A DNA stretch of 64,000 nt, from contig JBDHAB010000004.1 in assembly GCA_039588295.1 (NCBI GenBank), forward strand, positions 143,006-207,005. Reading direction: 5' to 3'. Below the pieces are notes generated by a model. That model made no database searches. It was given only the letters and a program-made list of their open reading frames with translations, and had not been told where the DNA came from. Both the position numbers and the translations under genes were made by a program. This DNA comes from Gemmatimonadota bacterium. GTDB taxonomy: Bacteria; Gemmatimonadota; Gemmatimonadetes; Gemmatimonadales; GWC2-71-9. Positions 10,790-19,901 of the stretch are shown here, piece after piece (the stretch's first letter is position 1; each line of letters begins with the position of its first letter).

Positions 10790-11104
10790 ATGACAGCGAC
10801 ATTTGCAGGCCATCAGGTCGACGTCGACCACGAAGGCTACATGCAGAAACCAGCACAATGGAACAAGGAAATCGCCGCCGAAATGGCGCGCGAGGTCGGG
10901 ATCGAGACGCTCACCGAGCGGCATTGGCAGGTCGTTGAGTTCGTGCGGTCCCGCTACCTCGAGACGGGCTCGGCGCCGTCAATCCGCTCGCTCGGGAAGG
11001 AGTCCGGTGTTCCGGTGAAGGAGCTCTACAAACTCTTCCCCAAAGGACCCGCCAAGCTCGCCGCCCGCATCGGCGGCATCCCCAAGCCGCGCGGCTGCAT
11101 CTGA
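10790..11104 (+). CDS. TusE/DsrC/DsvC-family sulfur relay protein
   Basis: LTERHWQVV, LYKLFPKGPAK, C-terminal GIPKPRGCI with a single Cys. Confidence 0.92.
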   Translation: MTATFAGHQVDVDHEGYMQKPAQWNKEIAAEMAREVGIETLTERHWQVVEFVRSRYLETGSAPSIRSLGKESGVPVKELYKLFPKGPAKLAARIGGIPKPRGCI

Positions 11105-11126
11105 TTTGGAGGCAAGGAGTCACACC

Positions 11127-11639
11127 ATGACCAGCACCGTCATGCCCGAGCCGACCACCGCGGTCGAGGGCCGGGCCGATTCAATCCAAAAGGTCTCGAT
11201 CATCATCTCCAAGGGGTCGCTCGAGGGAATCTACCCCGGCCTCATCATGGCCAACGGCGCCCGCATGGAGGGCATCGAGGCGAACGTGTTCTTCACGTTC
11301 TTCGGCATGGATGCCATCACGAAGAAACGACACAACGCCATCAAGGTTGCGACGGTCGGGAATCCGGGATTACACATCCCGACGCTGCTCGGAGCGATCC
11401 CCGGGATGTCGGCCTTCGTCACTAGTCAGATGAAGAAGGAAATGGAGAAGCTGGACATCCCGCCGATTCCCGAGTTCATCGAGATGATTGCGGACACCGG
11501 CGCCGGAATCTACGCGTGCCTGGCGACGGTGGACATGTTCAAGCTCAAGAAGGAGGACTTCGTCGATCACGTGACGGATATCATCACTGTCGGCGAGTTC
11601 TACGAGATGGCCGCCGGGGGCGAGATCGTCTTCACCTGA
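11127..11639 (+). CDS. DsrE/DsrF/DrsH-like (DsrE2-type) sulfurtransferase
   Basis: IIISKGSL, VFFTFFGM, IYACLATVDMF; AGGAG RBS. Confidence 0.88.
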   Translation: MTSTVMPEPTTAVEGRADSIQKVSIIISKGSLEGIYPGLIMANGARMEGIEANVFFTFFGMDAITKKRHNAIKVATVGNPGLHIPTLLGAIPGMSAFVTSQMKKEMEKLDIPPIPEFIEMIADTGAGIYACLATVDMFKLKKEDFVDHVTDIITVGEFYEMAAGGEIVFT

Positions 11640-11811
11640 GCCCCCGGCAGAGCAGTTGAGAGACGGCCCGGTTGGCCTCCTCCACCCGACCCATGCCCCC
11701 CGGGAAGGTACGAGAGGAACGCCTTCCGGGCCGTCTGTACACTCCCTGGCGGCCTCGCCCGCCGCGCTCAGCCCACTACCTTATCGGGATCGCCAGAGAG
11801 GAGTCTTCGGT

Positions 11812-12342
11812 ATGCCAGTGCCCCACATTGCTCGGCCCGACCCGTCCGAATACGTCCCCTACTTCGGCAGGTACGTGGAGTTGGTGCCGGACGGTGACAT
11901 CCTCGCACTCCTCGAACGGCAGATCGGTGAGACCGCGGCCCTCCTCGCCGGTCTCACCGAGGAGCAGGCCAACGCGCGGTATGCAGTGGGCAAGTGGAGC
12001 ATCAAGGAGGTGATCGGGCACGTGGCCGATACCGAGCGGATCTTCGTCTACCGCGCACTGCGATTCAGCCGTGACGACCACACACCGCTTCCCGGGTTCG
12101 AGCAGGACGACTTCGTGGCCGGTGGCAACGCGCACCGCCAACCCCTCACCGCTCTCCTCACGGAGCTCGAGAGCGTGCGGGCGGCCACCCTCACGTTCTT
12201 CCGATCGCTGGATGCAGACATGCTGCTGCGCCGGGGAACGGCAGAGAACAACGCGATCAGCGTGCGGGCCATCCCGTTTATCCTGGCCGGTCACGAACGC
12301 CACCACGTGACGGTCATCGAGGACCGCTACCTGCAGGGTTGA
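11812..12342 (+). CDS. DinB-family protein
   Basis: KWSIKEVIGHVADTERIF, LPGFEQD, AGHERHH. Confidence 0.9.
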   Translation: MPVPHIARPDPSEYVPYFGRYVELVPDGDILALLERQIGETAALLAGLTEEQANARYAVGKWSIKEVIGHVADTERIFVYRALRFSRDDHTPLPGFEQDDFVAGGNAHRQPLTALLTELESVRAATLTFFRSLDADMLLRRGTAENNAISVRAIPFILAGHERHHVTVIEDRYLQG

Positions 12343-12353
12343 ACCGTCCAACG

Positions 12354-12530
12354 ATGCAACGAGCCCTTTTGGCGATCTTTGTGCTGGTCCTGCTGGCGGC
12401 GGACTGGGTCGCGGTGCACGATATTCTCAAAGGAGAGCCCGACACCACGGGTGAGTATCTGGTAGTGGGGTTCAGCGGTGTGGTGTTTGGCGTATTGCTG
12501 GGTCTGTGGAGACGATCGCGGCGTGGGTAA
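12354..12530 (+). CDS. Small two-TM hypothetical membrane protein
   Basis: Two hydrophobic segments around VHDILKGEPD; follows dinB directly. Confidence 0.55.
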   Translation: MQRALLAIFVLVLLAADWVAVHDILKGEPDTTGEYLVVGFSGVVFGVLLGLWRRSRRG

Positions 12531-12542
12531 GGGGGAACCGGT

Positions 12543-12592
12543 CCCTGGTCCCTGCTCCCTGCTCCCTGCTCCCTTCTCCCTTCTCCCTTTCC
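12543..12592. repeat. Degenerate heptamer tandem repeat, about 7 copies (CCCTGCT / CCCTTCT)
   Basis: ccctggt ccctgct ccctgct ccctgct cccttct cccttct ccctttc. Confidence 0.8.
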
Positions 12593-12606
12593 ACTATCTT
12601 CTACCT

Positions 12607-13626
12607 GTGCCAATCGCTCCCATTGCCTGGATCGCGGATGGTGTGCGCATCCTCGATCAGACTCGGTTGCCTACGGAGGAGCACTATCTCGACCTCCGCT
12701 CCATCGACGAGGTGGCAGAGTCGATTTGCATGCTCCGAGTGCGCGGCGCGCCCTTGATCGGTATCGCGGCGGCAATGGGGCTGGCTGCGGCGGCGGGAAC
12801 GGCGGCGCGCCGCGGCATCTTGTCATCGGGCTGGCTGGACGACGGCGCACGTCAACTTGAGGAAACGCGGCCGACCGCCGTCAACCTCCGCTGGGCTCTC
12901 GATCGGATGCGGCTGACGGCGCGGTCGGCGTTTCAGGGGAACCGTGAGCAGCAGCACATCGCCGATCTGTTGCACGACGAGGCGCAGCGGATCTGGGACA
13001 TCGAAAGCGGTATGTGCGTCGCCATCGGCGAAGCCGGTGCGGAGCTCCTCGCCTCGGGGTTCACGGTGCTCACCCACTGTAATGCTGGCGCGCTCGCCAC
13101 GGGCGGCCTGGGGACCGCGCTCGCCGTCATCTATGTCGCGTCGGAGCAAGGCAAAGGAATCGATGTGGTTGCGACCGAGACGCGGCCGCTTCGCCAAGGC
13201 GCGCGTCTGACGGCGTGGGAGCTGGCGAAGGCGGGGATCCCGGCACGGGTGATCGTCGACAGTGCCGCGGCGTCGCTCATGGCTCGAGGTGAGATCGACG
13301 TGGTGCTCACGGGGGCGGACCGTATCGCCGCGAATGGTGACGTCGCCAACAAGATCGGCACCTACGCCCTCGCGGTTCTGGCCAATGCGCACGGGATTCC
13401 GTTCTATGTTGCCGCTCCCCGCAGCACGTTCGATCTCACGCTCGCGTCGGGGGATCAGATTCCCATCGAGGAACGATCGGCCGAGGAGCTGCCCGCGGCC
13501 TCGGGCGTCGCGGTGTACAACCCCGCGTTCGACGTCACGCCCGCACAGCTGGTGCAGGCAATCGTCACCGACAAGGGCGTGGTGCGGCACCCCCTGCTTG
13601 ACGGGATCAACGAGATGTTCGGCTAG
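12607..13626 (+). CDS. mtnA: S-methyl-5-thioribose-1-phosphate isomerase
   Basis: LDQTRLP, VRGAPLIG, TRPTAVNL, THCNAGALAT, ETRPLRQGARLTAWEL, GADRIAANGDVANKIGTY. Confidence 0.95.
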   Translation: MPIAPIAWIADGVRILDQTRLPTEEHYLDLRSIDEVAESICMLRVRGAPLIGIAAAMGLAAAAGTAARRGILSSGWLDDGARQLEETRPTAVNLRWALDRMRLTARSAFQGNREQQHIADLLHDEAQRIWDIESGMCVAIGEAGAELLASGFTVLTHCNAGALATGGLGTALAVIYVASEQGKGIDVVATETRPLRQGARLTAWELAKAGIPARVIVDSAAASLMARGEIDVVLTGADRIAANGDVANKIGTYALAVLANAHGIPFYVAAPRSTFDLTLASGDQIPIEERSAEELPAASGVAVYNPAFDVTPAQLVQAIVTDKGVVRHPLLDGINEMFG

Positions 13627-13635
13627 GGGACTCGC

Positions 13636-14307
13636 TCAGGCTACCAGCGCGTCTCTCACATGTGCCTCGATGAACGTGCACCACCCGTCGAGCCCTTCGC
13701 CGGTCAAGGCCGACGTCAGGAAGAACCTCAGGTTCGGGTTCACCTCGTGCCCATAGGCGATCGCGCGATCGACGTCGAATTGGAGGTGGGGCAGCAGGTC
13801 GATCTTGGTGAGAATCGCGTATTCCGCCTCACGAAACACCTTGGGGTATTTGACCGGCTTGTCCTCCCCTTCGGGGATGGAGAACACGACGATCTTGGAT
13901 TCCTCGCCCAGGTCCCAGCTTGCCGGGCAGACGAGATTGCCCACGTTCTCGATGAACACGAGATCGGTGCGATTGAGATCGATGGCCTCGAGCGCGGTGA
14001 GGATCTGTCGGGCATCCAAGTGACATGCGCCGCCCGTCACCACCGCCTGCACGAGCCTATTCGTGCAACGCGCGAGGCGCTCGGCGTCGTTCTCGGTCTG
14101 CACGTCACCCGTGATCACCGCGATCTCGACATGGTCGCCCAGGCACTCCAGCGTACGCTCCAGCAGGAGCGTCTTGCCAGCACCCGGTGATGAAACGAGG
14201 TTGAACGCCGTGACACGGTGCTCCTCGAGCCGCCGCCGTACCTCGGCGGCGATCTCGTCGTTTCGCTCCATCACCTTCTCGCGAACCTCGATCTTCCGGA
14301 TGGCCAT
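13636..14307 (-). CDS. hypB: Hydrogenase nickel-incorporation GTPase
   Basis: NLVSSPGAGKT, GGACHLDA, FIENVGNLVCPA, EGEDKPVKYP. Confidence 0.93.
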   Translation of the reverse strand: MAIRKIEVREKVMERNDEIAAEVRRRLEEHRVTAFNLVSSPGAGKTLLLERTLECLGDHVEIAVITGDVQTENDAERLARCTNRLVQAVVTGGACHLDARQILTALEAIDLNRTDLVFIENVGNLVCPASWDLGEESKIVVFSIPEGEDKPVKYPKVFREAEYAILTKIDLLPHLQFDVDRAIAYGHEVNPNLRFFLTSALTGEGLDGWCTFIEAHVRDALVA

Positions 14308-14489
14308 CGGACCCCCATGCGCTACGCCGTTTCCAGAGCCTACCGCGGCGAGCATGAAGAAACGGTTAATCGGCGGTGATGGTTGACGTTAGGCTCCGCA
14401 GGTGTAAGAACATCAGATGAGACACGCCCGCGCAGCACGCGCACCCATCACCTGACCCCGGTCACCTAACGGCCACCACCGTATCCTCT

Positions 14490-15975
14490 ATGACCCATAT
14501 CACCCACCGACGACCAAGGCACCACCGGCTCTACCGCCCTCGTCATCGATGGCGATGGCCGGGTACGCGCCCGCGCCTATCGGGAGTTCACGCAGTACTT
14601 CCCGGAACCCGGGATGGTCGAGCACGATCCCGAGGAGATCTGGCGTGTCACTCTGACCGTGGCGCGCGAGGCCACCGCCCAGTCGAACGAACCGCCGGTG
14701 GCCATCGGGATCACGAATCAGCGGGAGACCGTCGTCTGCTGGGACCGCGAGACCGGCGAGCCGCTGCACCGCGCGCTCGTGTGGCAGGATCGGCGGACGG
14801 CCCCACGTTGCCGACAGCTCCAAGCCGAGCTGGGAGACACCTACGTGGCGGAGCGAACGGGCCTCGTATGGGATCCGTACTTCTCCGCGACGAAGATCGA
14901 GTGGATGGCGCGAGAGATCCCCGAAGTCAGGCGGCGGATGGCGCAAGGGAGGGCCGTGTTCGGCACGATCGACAGTTGGCTGGTCTACAAGCTCACCGCG
15001 GGTCGGGCGTTCGTGACGGACCACACCAATGCCTCGCGCACGCTGCTGTACAATATCGAAACGTTGGACTGGGATGGTGAGTTATTGGAGCTGTTCCAGG
15101 TCTCCCGGGAGGCGCTGCCGGCGATCACGCGGTCCAGTGAAGTCGTCGGTGTCGCGGATCCGGCTCATCTGGGCAGCGAGATCCCGATTGCGGGGATTGC
15201 GGGCGACCAGCAGGCGGCGCTGTACGGTCAGGGCTGCTGGAGTCCGGGCCAGGCGAAATGCACGTATGGCACAGGGGCGTTTCTCCTCATGGCCGTGGGA
15301 CAGACGCTGCCGCCCGTCCGTGAGGGTCGGGGTGTGCTCACTACGGTCTCCTGCGCGGCGGAGGGGAGCCCGAGCTACGCACTGGAGGGTTCGATCTTCA
15401 TCGCCGGGGCGGCGATCCAGTGGCTTCGCGACGGACTCGGGATCCTGGAGCGCGCGGCCGAGACGGAGACCCTTGCCAGGGGACTCACCGACACGGACGG
15501 GGTGTTCTTCGTTCCCGCGCTCGTGGGGCTGGGCGCGCCCCACTGGGAGGCGGAGGCGCGCGGGACGATCGTGGGACTCACCCGCGGCTCGACCCGCGCA
15601 CACCTCGCCCGTGCGGCGTTGGAGGCCATGGCCTACAGCACCAGAGATGTGGTCGACGCGATGTCGACCGTCAGTGGCGTTGACCTCGCGGAGCTCAAGG
15701 CGGACGGGGGTGCCGCGGCCAATGACTGGCTGATGCAGTTTCAAGCGGACACCCTTGGGGTTCGGGTCGCTCGCCCGGACGTCGTGGAGACCACCGCGAT
15801 GGGAGCAGCCGCGCTGGCAGGGCTCGCGACGGGCGTGTGGCCGAGCCCGGAGCTGTTCTCGGAGCGCCGCTCGTATCGTTGGTTCGAGCCGGAGGGGTCG
15901 GCCGAAGACGCGTACGCCGGATGGCGTCGCGCGGTGGATACGGCACTCCACTGGGCTCGGAGCCCCAGGACATGA
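14490..15975 (+). CDS. glpK: Glycerol kinase with an apparent frameshift in the first codons (pseudogene or sequence error)
   Basis: DQGTTGS (14512 onward), GITNQRET, WQDRRT, TDHTNASRT, AGDQQAALYG. The main frame has TGA at 14491, and ATG 14490 (MTHI) is out of frame by one base. Confidence 0.88.
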
Positions 15976-16084
15976 CGGTTTCTTTAGGATGGGCTCACGA
16001 ACTTTTTGGCTGCTCGGGGATACATTCCCTGTAGCCAAATGCGAGAGTGTTTCCCGTCTTTCGGGCGGAGGGTATATTTCCAAC

Positions 16085-16489
16085 ATGCAAGCCAAGTACA
16101 AGTTCCTTTTCGGAGCCGTCCTGGTCGGTGGGACCGTCGGGTTCCTGATGACCTCGGGCATCAAGGATACGGGGGTGTATTTCCTTACCCCGTCCGAGCT
16201 GGCGTCCAAGGTGAGCGCCGACCCCTCGTTCCACGACGTCGGCGTCAAGATGGGCGCTCGGGTGGTCCACGGGTCGATCGAACGGGATGTTGCGTCGCAG
16301 ACGATTACCTTCGAGGTAACGGACGGATCGCAGGCATACCCGGTGGTGTACCGCGGCCTCGCGCCCGACACGTTCACGGACGACGTGGACGTTGTGGTGG
16401 AAGGACGCCTGGATCCGGACGGCACGTTCCGCGCGACCAGCCTGCTCGCCAAGTGCGGCTCGCGCTACGAGACCGTCCCCTCGGCGTGA
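16085..16489 (+). CDS. ccmE: Cytochrome c maturation heme chaperone, CxxxY variant
   Basis: N-terminal TM, PDTF, VVVEG, LLAKCGSRY. Confidence 0.92.
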   Translation: MQAKYKFLFGAVLVGGTVGFLMTSGIKDTGVYFLTPSELASKVSADPSFHDVGVKMGARVVHGSIERDVASQTITFEVTDGSQAYPVVYRGLAPDTFTDDVDVVVEGRLDPDGTFRATSLLAKCGSRYETVPSA

Positions 16490-16493
16490 CGGC

Positions 16494-18560
16494 ATGACAA
16501 CCCTCGGACAACTTGCGCTGTGGCTCGCGCTGCTTCTCGGCGCCTGGGGCACGATTGTCGGCTTCTATGGCGGGCTGAAGCAGCGTCCCGAGCTCATCCA
16601 GAGCGCCCGTCGCGCCACCTACGCCCTGTGTGGCGTTCTCGTGGTTGCATCGATCGGCCTCCTGACCGCCCTGCTCAAGCACGATTTCAACGTCACCTAC
16701 GTCGCGAGCTACACCAGCCGCAATCTCCCGACGGTCTACATCCTGTCGGCCTTCTACGGGGGGCAGGCGGGCAGCTTGCTGTTCTGGGCGGTGGTGCTGT
16801 CGGTCTTCGGCGCGCTGGCCCAGCTGCTGACCTCGCGCAAGTACGACTATCTCCTGCCCTATGTGGCAGCGGTGACCTCGGCGGTGACGCTGTTCTTCGT
16901 GATCGTCACGCTGTTCGCGGCCAACCCGTTCGAGCGCCTGCCGTTCACGCCGGCTGATGGAAGCGGGCTCAATCCGCAGCTCCAGAATCCCGGCATGGTG
17001 GTCCATCCGCCGATGCTGTACTTGGGGTACATCAGCATCGCCGTGCCGTTTGCGTTTGCGATGGCGGCGCTCATCTCGAAGCGGCTGGACACCGGGTGGC
17101 TTCATGCGCTGCGTAAGTGGACCATTGTGTCGTGGTTGTTCCTCTCGATCGGCATCACGCTCGGCATGTGGTGGGCATACGTCGAGTTGGGCTGGGGTGG
17201 CTATTGGGCGTGGGATCCGGTAGAGAACGCGAGCTTCCTGCCGTGGCTCACGATGACGGCGTTCTTGCATTCCGTGATGATTCAGGAAAAGCGCGGCATG
17301 CTGAAGAAGTGGAACATGGTGCTCATCTCGCTGAGTTTCCTGCTTTCGATCTTCGGCACGTTCATCACGCGCAGCGGCATTATCTCGAGCGTTCACTCGT
17401 TCACGCAGTCGTCGATCGGGTATTATTTCCTGGCCTTCCTGATCCTCATCATTCTTGTCGTTGCCTGGCTCCTGTGGTCACGGCTCCCGGTGTTGGAGTC
17501 CGAAGCACACCTCGAGAGCATGGCGTCGCGCGAGGCGAGCTTCCTGTTCAACAACCTGCTGCTGGTTGGCATCGCCTTCTCGGTCTTCTGGGGAACGATG
17601 TTCCCCATCCTGTCGGAGCTGGTGCGCGGAACGCAGGTGACGGTCGGCCCACCATTCTTCAACCAGGTGAACGTCCCGATTGGCTTGGCGCTCTTGGCGC
17701 TCACCGGCATCGGGCCGCTCATCGCGTGGCGCAAGGCCAGCCTCGCCAACCTGCGGAGGCACTTCGCGGCCCCCGTGGCTGCGGGGGTGATCACGGGCGT
17801 GATCCTGGTGGCGCTCGGAGTCACGCATTTCTATGCGGCCATGGCGTTCACACTCGCCATGTTTGTCGTCGCAACCGTCACGCAGGAATTCGTCCGGGGG
17901 GTCGGCGCGCGACACCGGCTGCACGGTGAGGGCTACGCCCAGGCGTTCGCTCGGCTCGTTGGTCGCAATCGTCGCCGCTACGGCGGGTACGTCGTGCACC
18001 TGGGAATCGTGACCTACTTCGTGGCGTTCGCCGGCATGGCGTTCAAGAACGAGACGCAGGCGTCGCTCAAGCCGGGTGAATCGGTCGACCTCAGATCACC
18101 GTTTGGCTACACCTACACGTTCACGCACATCGGCGTTTCGCAGTACGACGAGCTGAACCGTCTCGTGAGCGCCGCCAGCGTGGATGTTGCACGCGATGGT
18201 GAACGTGTGGGCATCATGAAGAGTGAGAAGCGGCAGCACTTCACGTGTGCCCAGCCGATCGATCCGTGTCCGCGCGGCTTGCGTGAGGCCTCGTTCGAGC
18301 CTTCCACCGAGGCGGGTATCCGGAGCGACGTGCGGGAGGATCTCTACATCGTCTACGCCGGATCGGTCGAGGGGACGGAAGAAGCCGTCTACCGGTTCAC
18401 GATCAATCCTCTGGTGTGGTGGATCTGGTTCGGCGGGTTCGTGCTGGTGGTCGGTGGTGTCGTAACCCTGTGGCCCGGAACGACGGTACGGGCGCAACGC
18501 CGCGAGGAGACGGTTGGCGGGTATCAGGTCCAGCTCGTCGGACAGGGTGCCGATGCCTAG
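16494..18560 (+). CDS. ccmF: Cytochrome c heme lyase
   Basis: GLNPQLQ, HPPMLYLGY, WGGYWAWDPVENAS, SVHSF. Confidence 0.96.
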   Translation: MTTLGQLALWLALLLGAWGTIVGFYGGLKQRPELIQSARRATYALCGVLVVASIGLLTALLKHDFNVTYVASYTSRNLPTVYILSAFYGGQAGSLLFWAVVLSVFGALAQLLTSRKYDYLLPYVAAVTSAVTLFFVIVTLFAANPFERLPFTPADGSGLNPQLQNPGMVVHPPMLYLGYISIAVPFAFAMAALISKRLDTGWLHALRKWTIVSWLFLSIGITLGMWWAYVELGWGGYWAWDPVENASFLPWLTMTAFLHSVMIQEKRGMLKKWNMVLISLSFLLSIFGTFITRSGIISSVHSFTQSSIGYYFLAFLILIILVVAWLLWSRLPVLESEAHLESMASREASFLFNNLLLVGIAFSVFWGTMFPILSELVRGTQVTVGPPFFNQVNVPIGLALLALTGIGPLIAWRKASLANLRRHFAAPVAAGVITGVILVALGVTHFYAAMAFTLAMFVVATVTQEFVRGVGARHRLHGEGYAQAFARLVGRNRRRYGGYVVHLGIVTYFVAFAGMAFKNETQASLKPGESVDLRSPFGYTYTFTHIGVSQYDELNRLVSAASVDVARDGERVGIMKSEKRQHFTCAQPIDPCPRGLREASFEPSTEAGIRSDVREDLYIVYAGSVEGTEEAVYRFTINPLVWWIWFGGFVLVVGGVVTLWPGTTVRAQRREETVGGYQVQLVGQGADA

Positions 18561-19140
18561 GAGTCCGCGCGTCGCTCGGCGCGAAGCCCTCAAGCTCGGG
18601 TTGGCTGGGTTGTTGCCGCTCGGGCTCCCTCAGGAGCCGGAGGCCCAAGACCGGGGTGAGGCGGCTCCCAGGCTGTACGATCCGTTTCGGGCGGGACGGG
18701 CGCAGGATCGCATCACGGATTATGAGAACGATCCGTTCATCATCGAGGTGGAGAGCCGGCTCCGCTGCACCTGCGGCTGCAACCTCGACGTGTATACCTG
18801 TCGCACGACGGACTTCACCTGCGGTACCTCGCCGGCGATGCACCGCGAGGTCGTGGCCCTGGTTGAGGCGGGCAAGACGGGTGAGGAAATTCTCGAGGCG
18901 TTCGTCGCGCAGCATGGCGAGCTGGTGCTGATGGCGCCCAAGAAGGAAGGGTTCAACCTGGCTGCGTATTTCGTCCCCGGCGCCGCGATCCTGACGGCGG
19001 GTGGGCTGCTCGTGTGGGCGCTTGCGCGCCGCGGGGGGCGGATGCAGGCGGTCCAGTCCGCGGAGGGAATGGATCTCTCGGGGCTGGGGGACGAAGACCG
19101 TGAAAAGCTCGAGGCGGAGCTGCAGAATCTGGAGCTCTAG
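18553..19140 (+). CDS. ccmH: CcmH-like cytochrome c biogenesis protein with an extra-Cys motif
   Basis: LRCTCGC...C...C, GKTGEEILEAFVAQHGELVLMAP, C-terminal TM; overlaps ccmF. Confidence 0.8.
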   Translation: MPRSPRVARREALKLGLAGLLPLGLPQEPEAQDRGEAAPRLYDPFRAGRAQDRITDYENDPFIIEVESRLRCTCGCNLDVYTCRTTDFTCGTSPAMHREVVALVEAGKTGEEILEAFVAQHGELVLMAPKKEGFNLAAYFVPGAAILTAGGLLVWALARRGGRMQAVQSAEGMDLSGLGDEDREKLEAELQNLEL

Positions 19141-19142
19141 AC

Positions 19143-19703
19143 ATGTTGGAGTTGATAGCGGGGATCGTGGTGGCGTTCGTGGCGGTGGCGGCAGTCCTCC
19201 AGCCGTTGCTGGTGCAGTCGACGGGTCGACAGGCCGGCGGATCGGCGGATCCAAGCGTCGAGTTCGAGGTCTTGGAGGAATCCGAGTCCCCTAAGGTGCA
19301 GGCGTTGCTGGCCCTCAAGGAGATCGAGTTCGATCGGGCCACAGGCAAGCTCTCTGATACCGACTACCAGCAACTCAAGGCCAAGTACTCGGCACTGGCA
19401 CTCGAGGCGATCAAGGCGGAGGAAGCGGGCGAGGCTGCACAGGCCGAGGGTGACGCCGCGGAGGAGCTCGTGCGTCAGGCGGCGGCCGGGAAGATGGCGG
19501 TGTGCCCGGACTGCGGTCCACGCCCCGAGGCGGACGCGGCCTTCTGCGCCGACTGTGGGCAGCCGCTCACCAGATCCGAATCGACTCCTGAGGGCAAAGG
19601 GCGGTTCTGCGAGGCATGCGGGAACGCGCTCACGACCACCGCTAAGTTTTGCGATGCCTGTGGGGTGAAGGTTGGGGCGCAGCCGGCGGGGTCGGTCAGC
19701 TGA
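19143..19703 (+). CDS. CcmI-like membrane-anchored protein with C-terminal double zinc ribbons
   Basis: N-terminal TM; LKEIEFDRATGKLSDTDY; CPDCG, CADCG, CEACG, CDACG (no heme His). Confidence 0.75.
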   Translation: MLELIAGIVVAFVAVAAVLQPLLVQSTGRQAGGSADPSVEFEVLEESESPKVQALLALKEIEFDRATGKLSDTDYQQLKAKYSALALEAIKAEEAGEAAQAEGDAAEELVRQAAAGKMAVCPDCGPRPEADAAFCADCGQPLTRSESTPEGKGRFCEACGNALTTTAKFCDACGVKVGAQPAGSVS

Positions 19704-19901
19704 GGCTCAGGTTTTCGCTTGTGGTCAGCTTCATAGCCTAACCCCGTGCGGCGGTGTGAGCTAGATCACGCCGCCGCGTTGCGTTTTCATGGCGGATTCA
19801 CCCGATCTTCACTGTTTTGGCGATAGGTTTATTCGGATTAGTGTCTCGAGCATGAAACTTGAGGGGTTTCTGGACGCCTCCACCCCGGAGTCCGGAGAGA
19901 G

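Noticed and set aside
10790..11104. dsrC as a marker of sulfate reduction
   Set aside because: It lacks the second conserved Cys, and no dsrAB genes are in the window.
19500..19670. Multiheme motifs in the 19143-19703 ORF
   Set aside because: The motifs are CxxCG zinc ribbons with no heme-ligating His.
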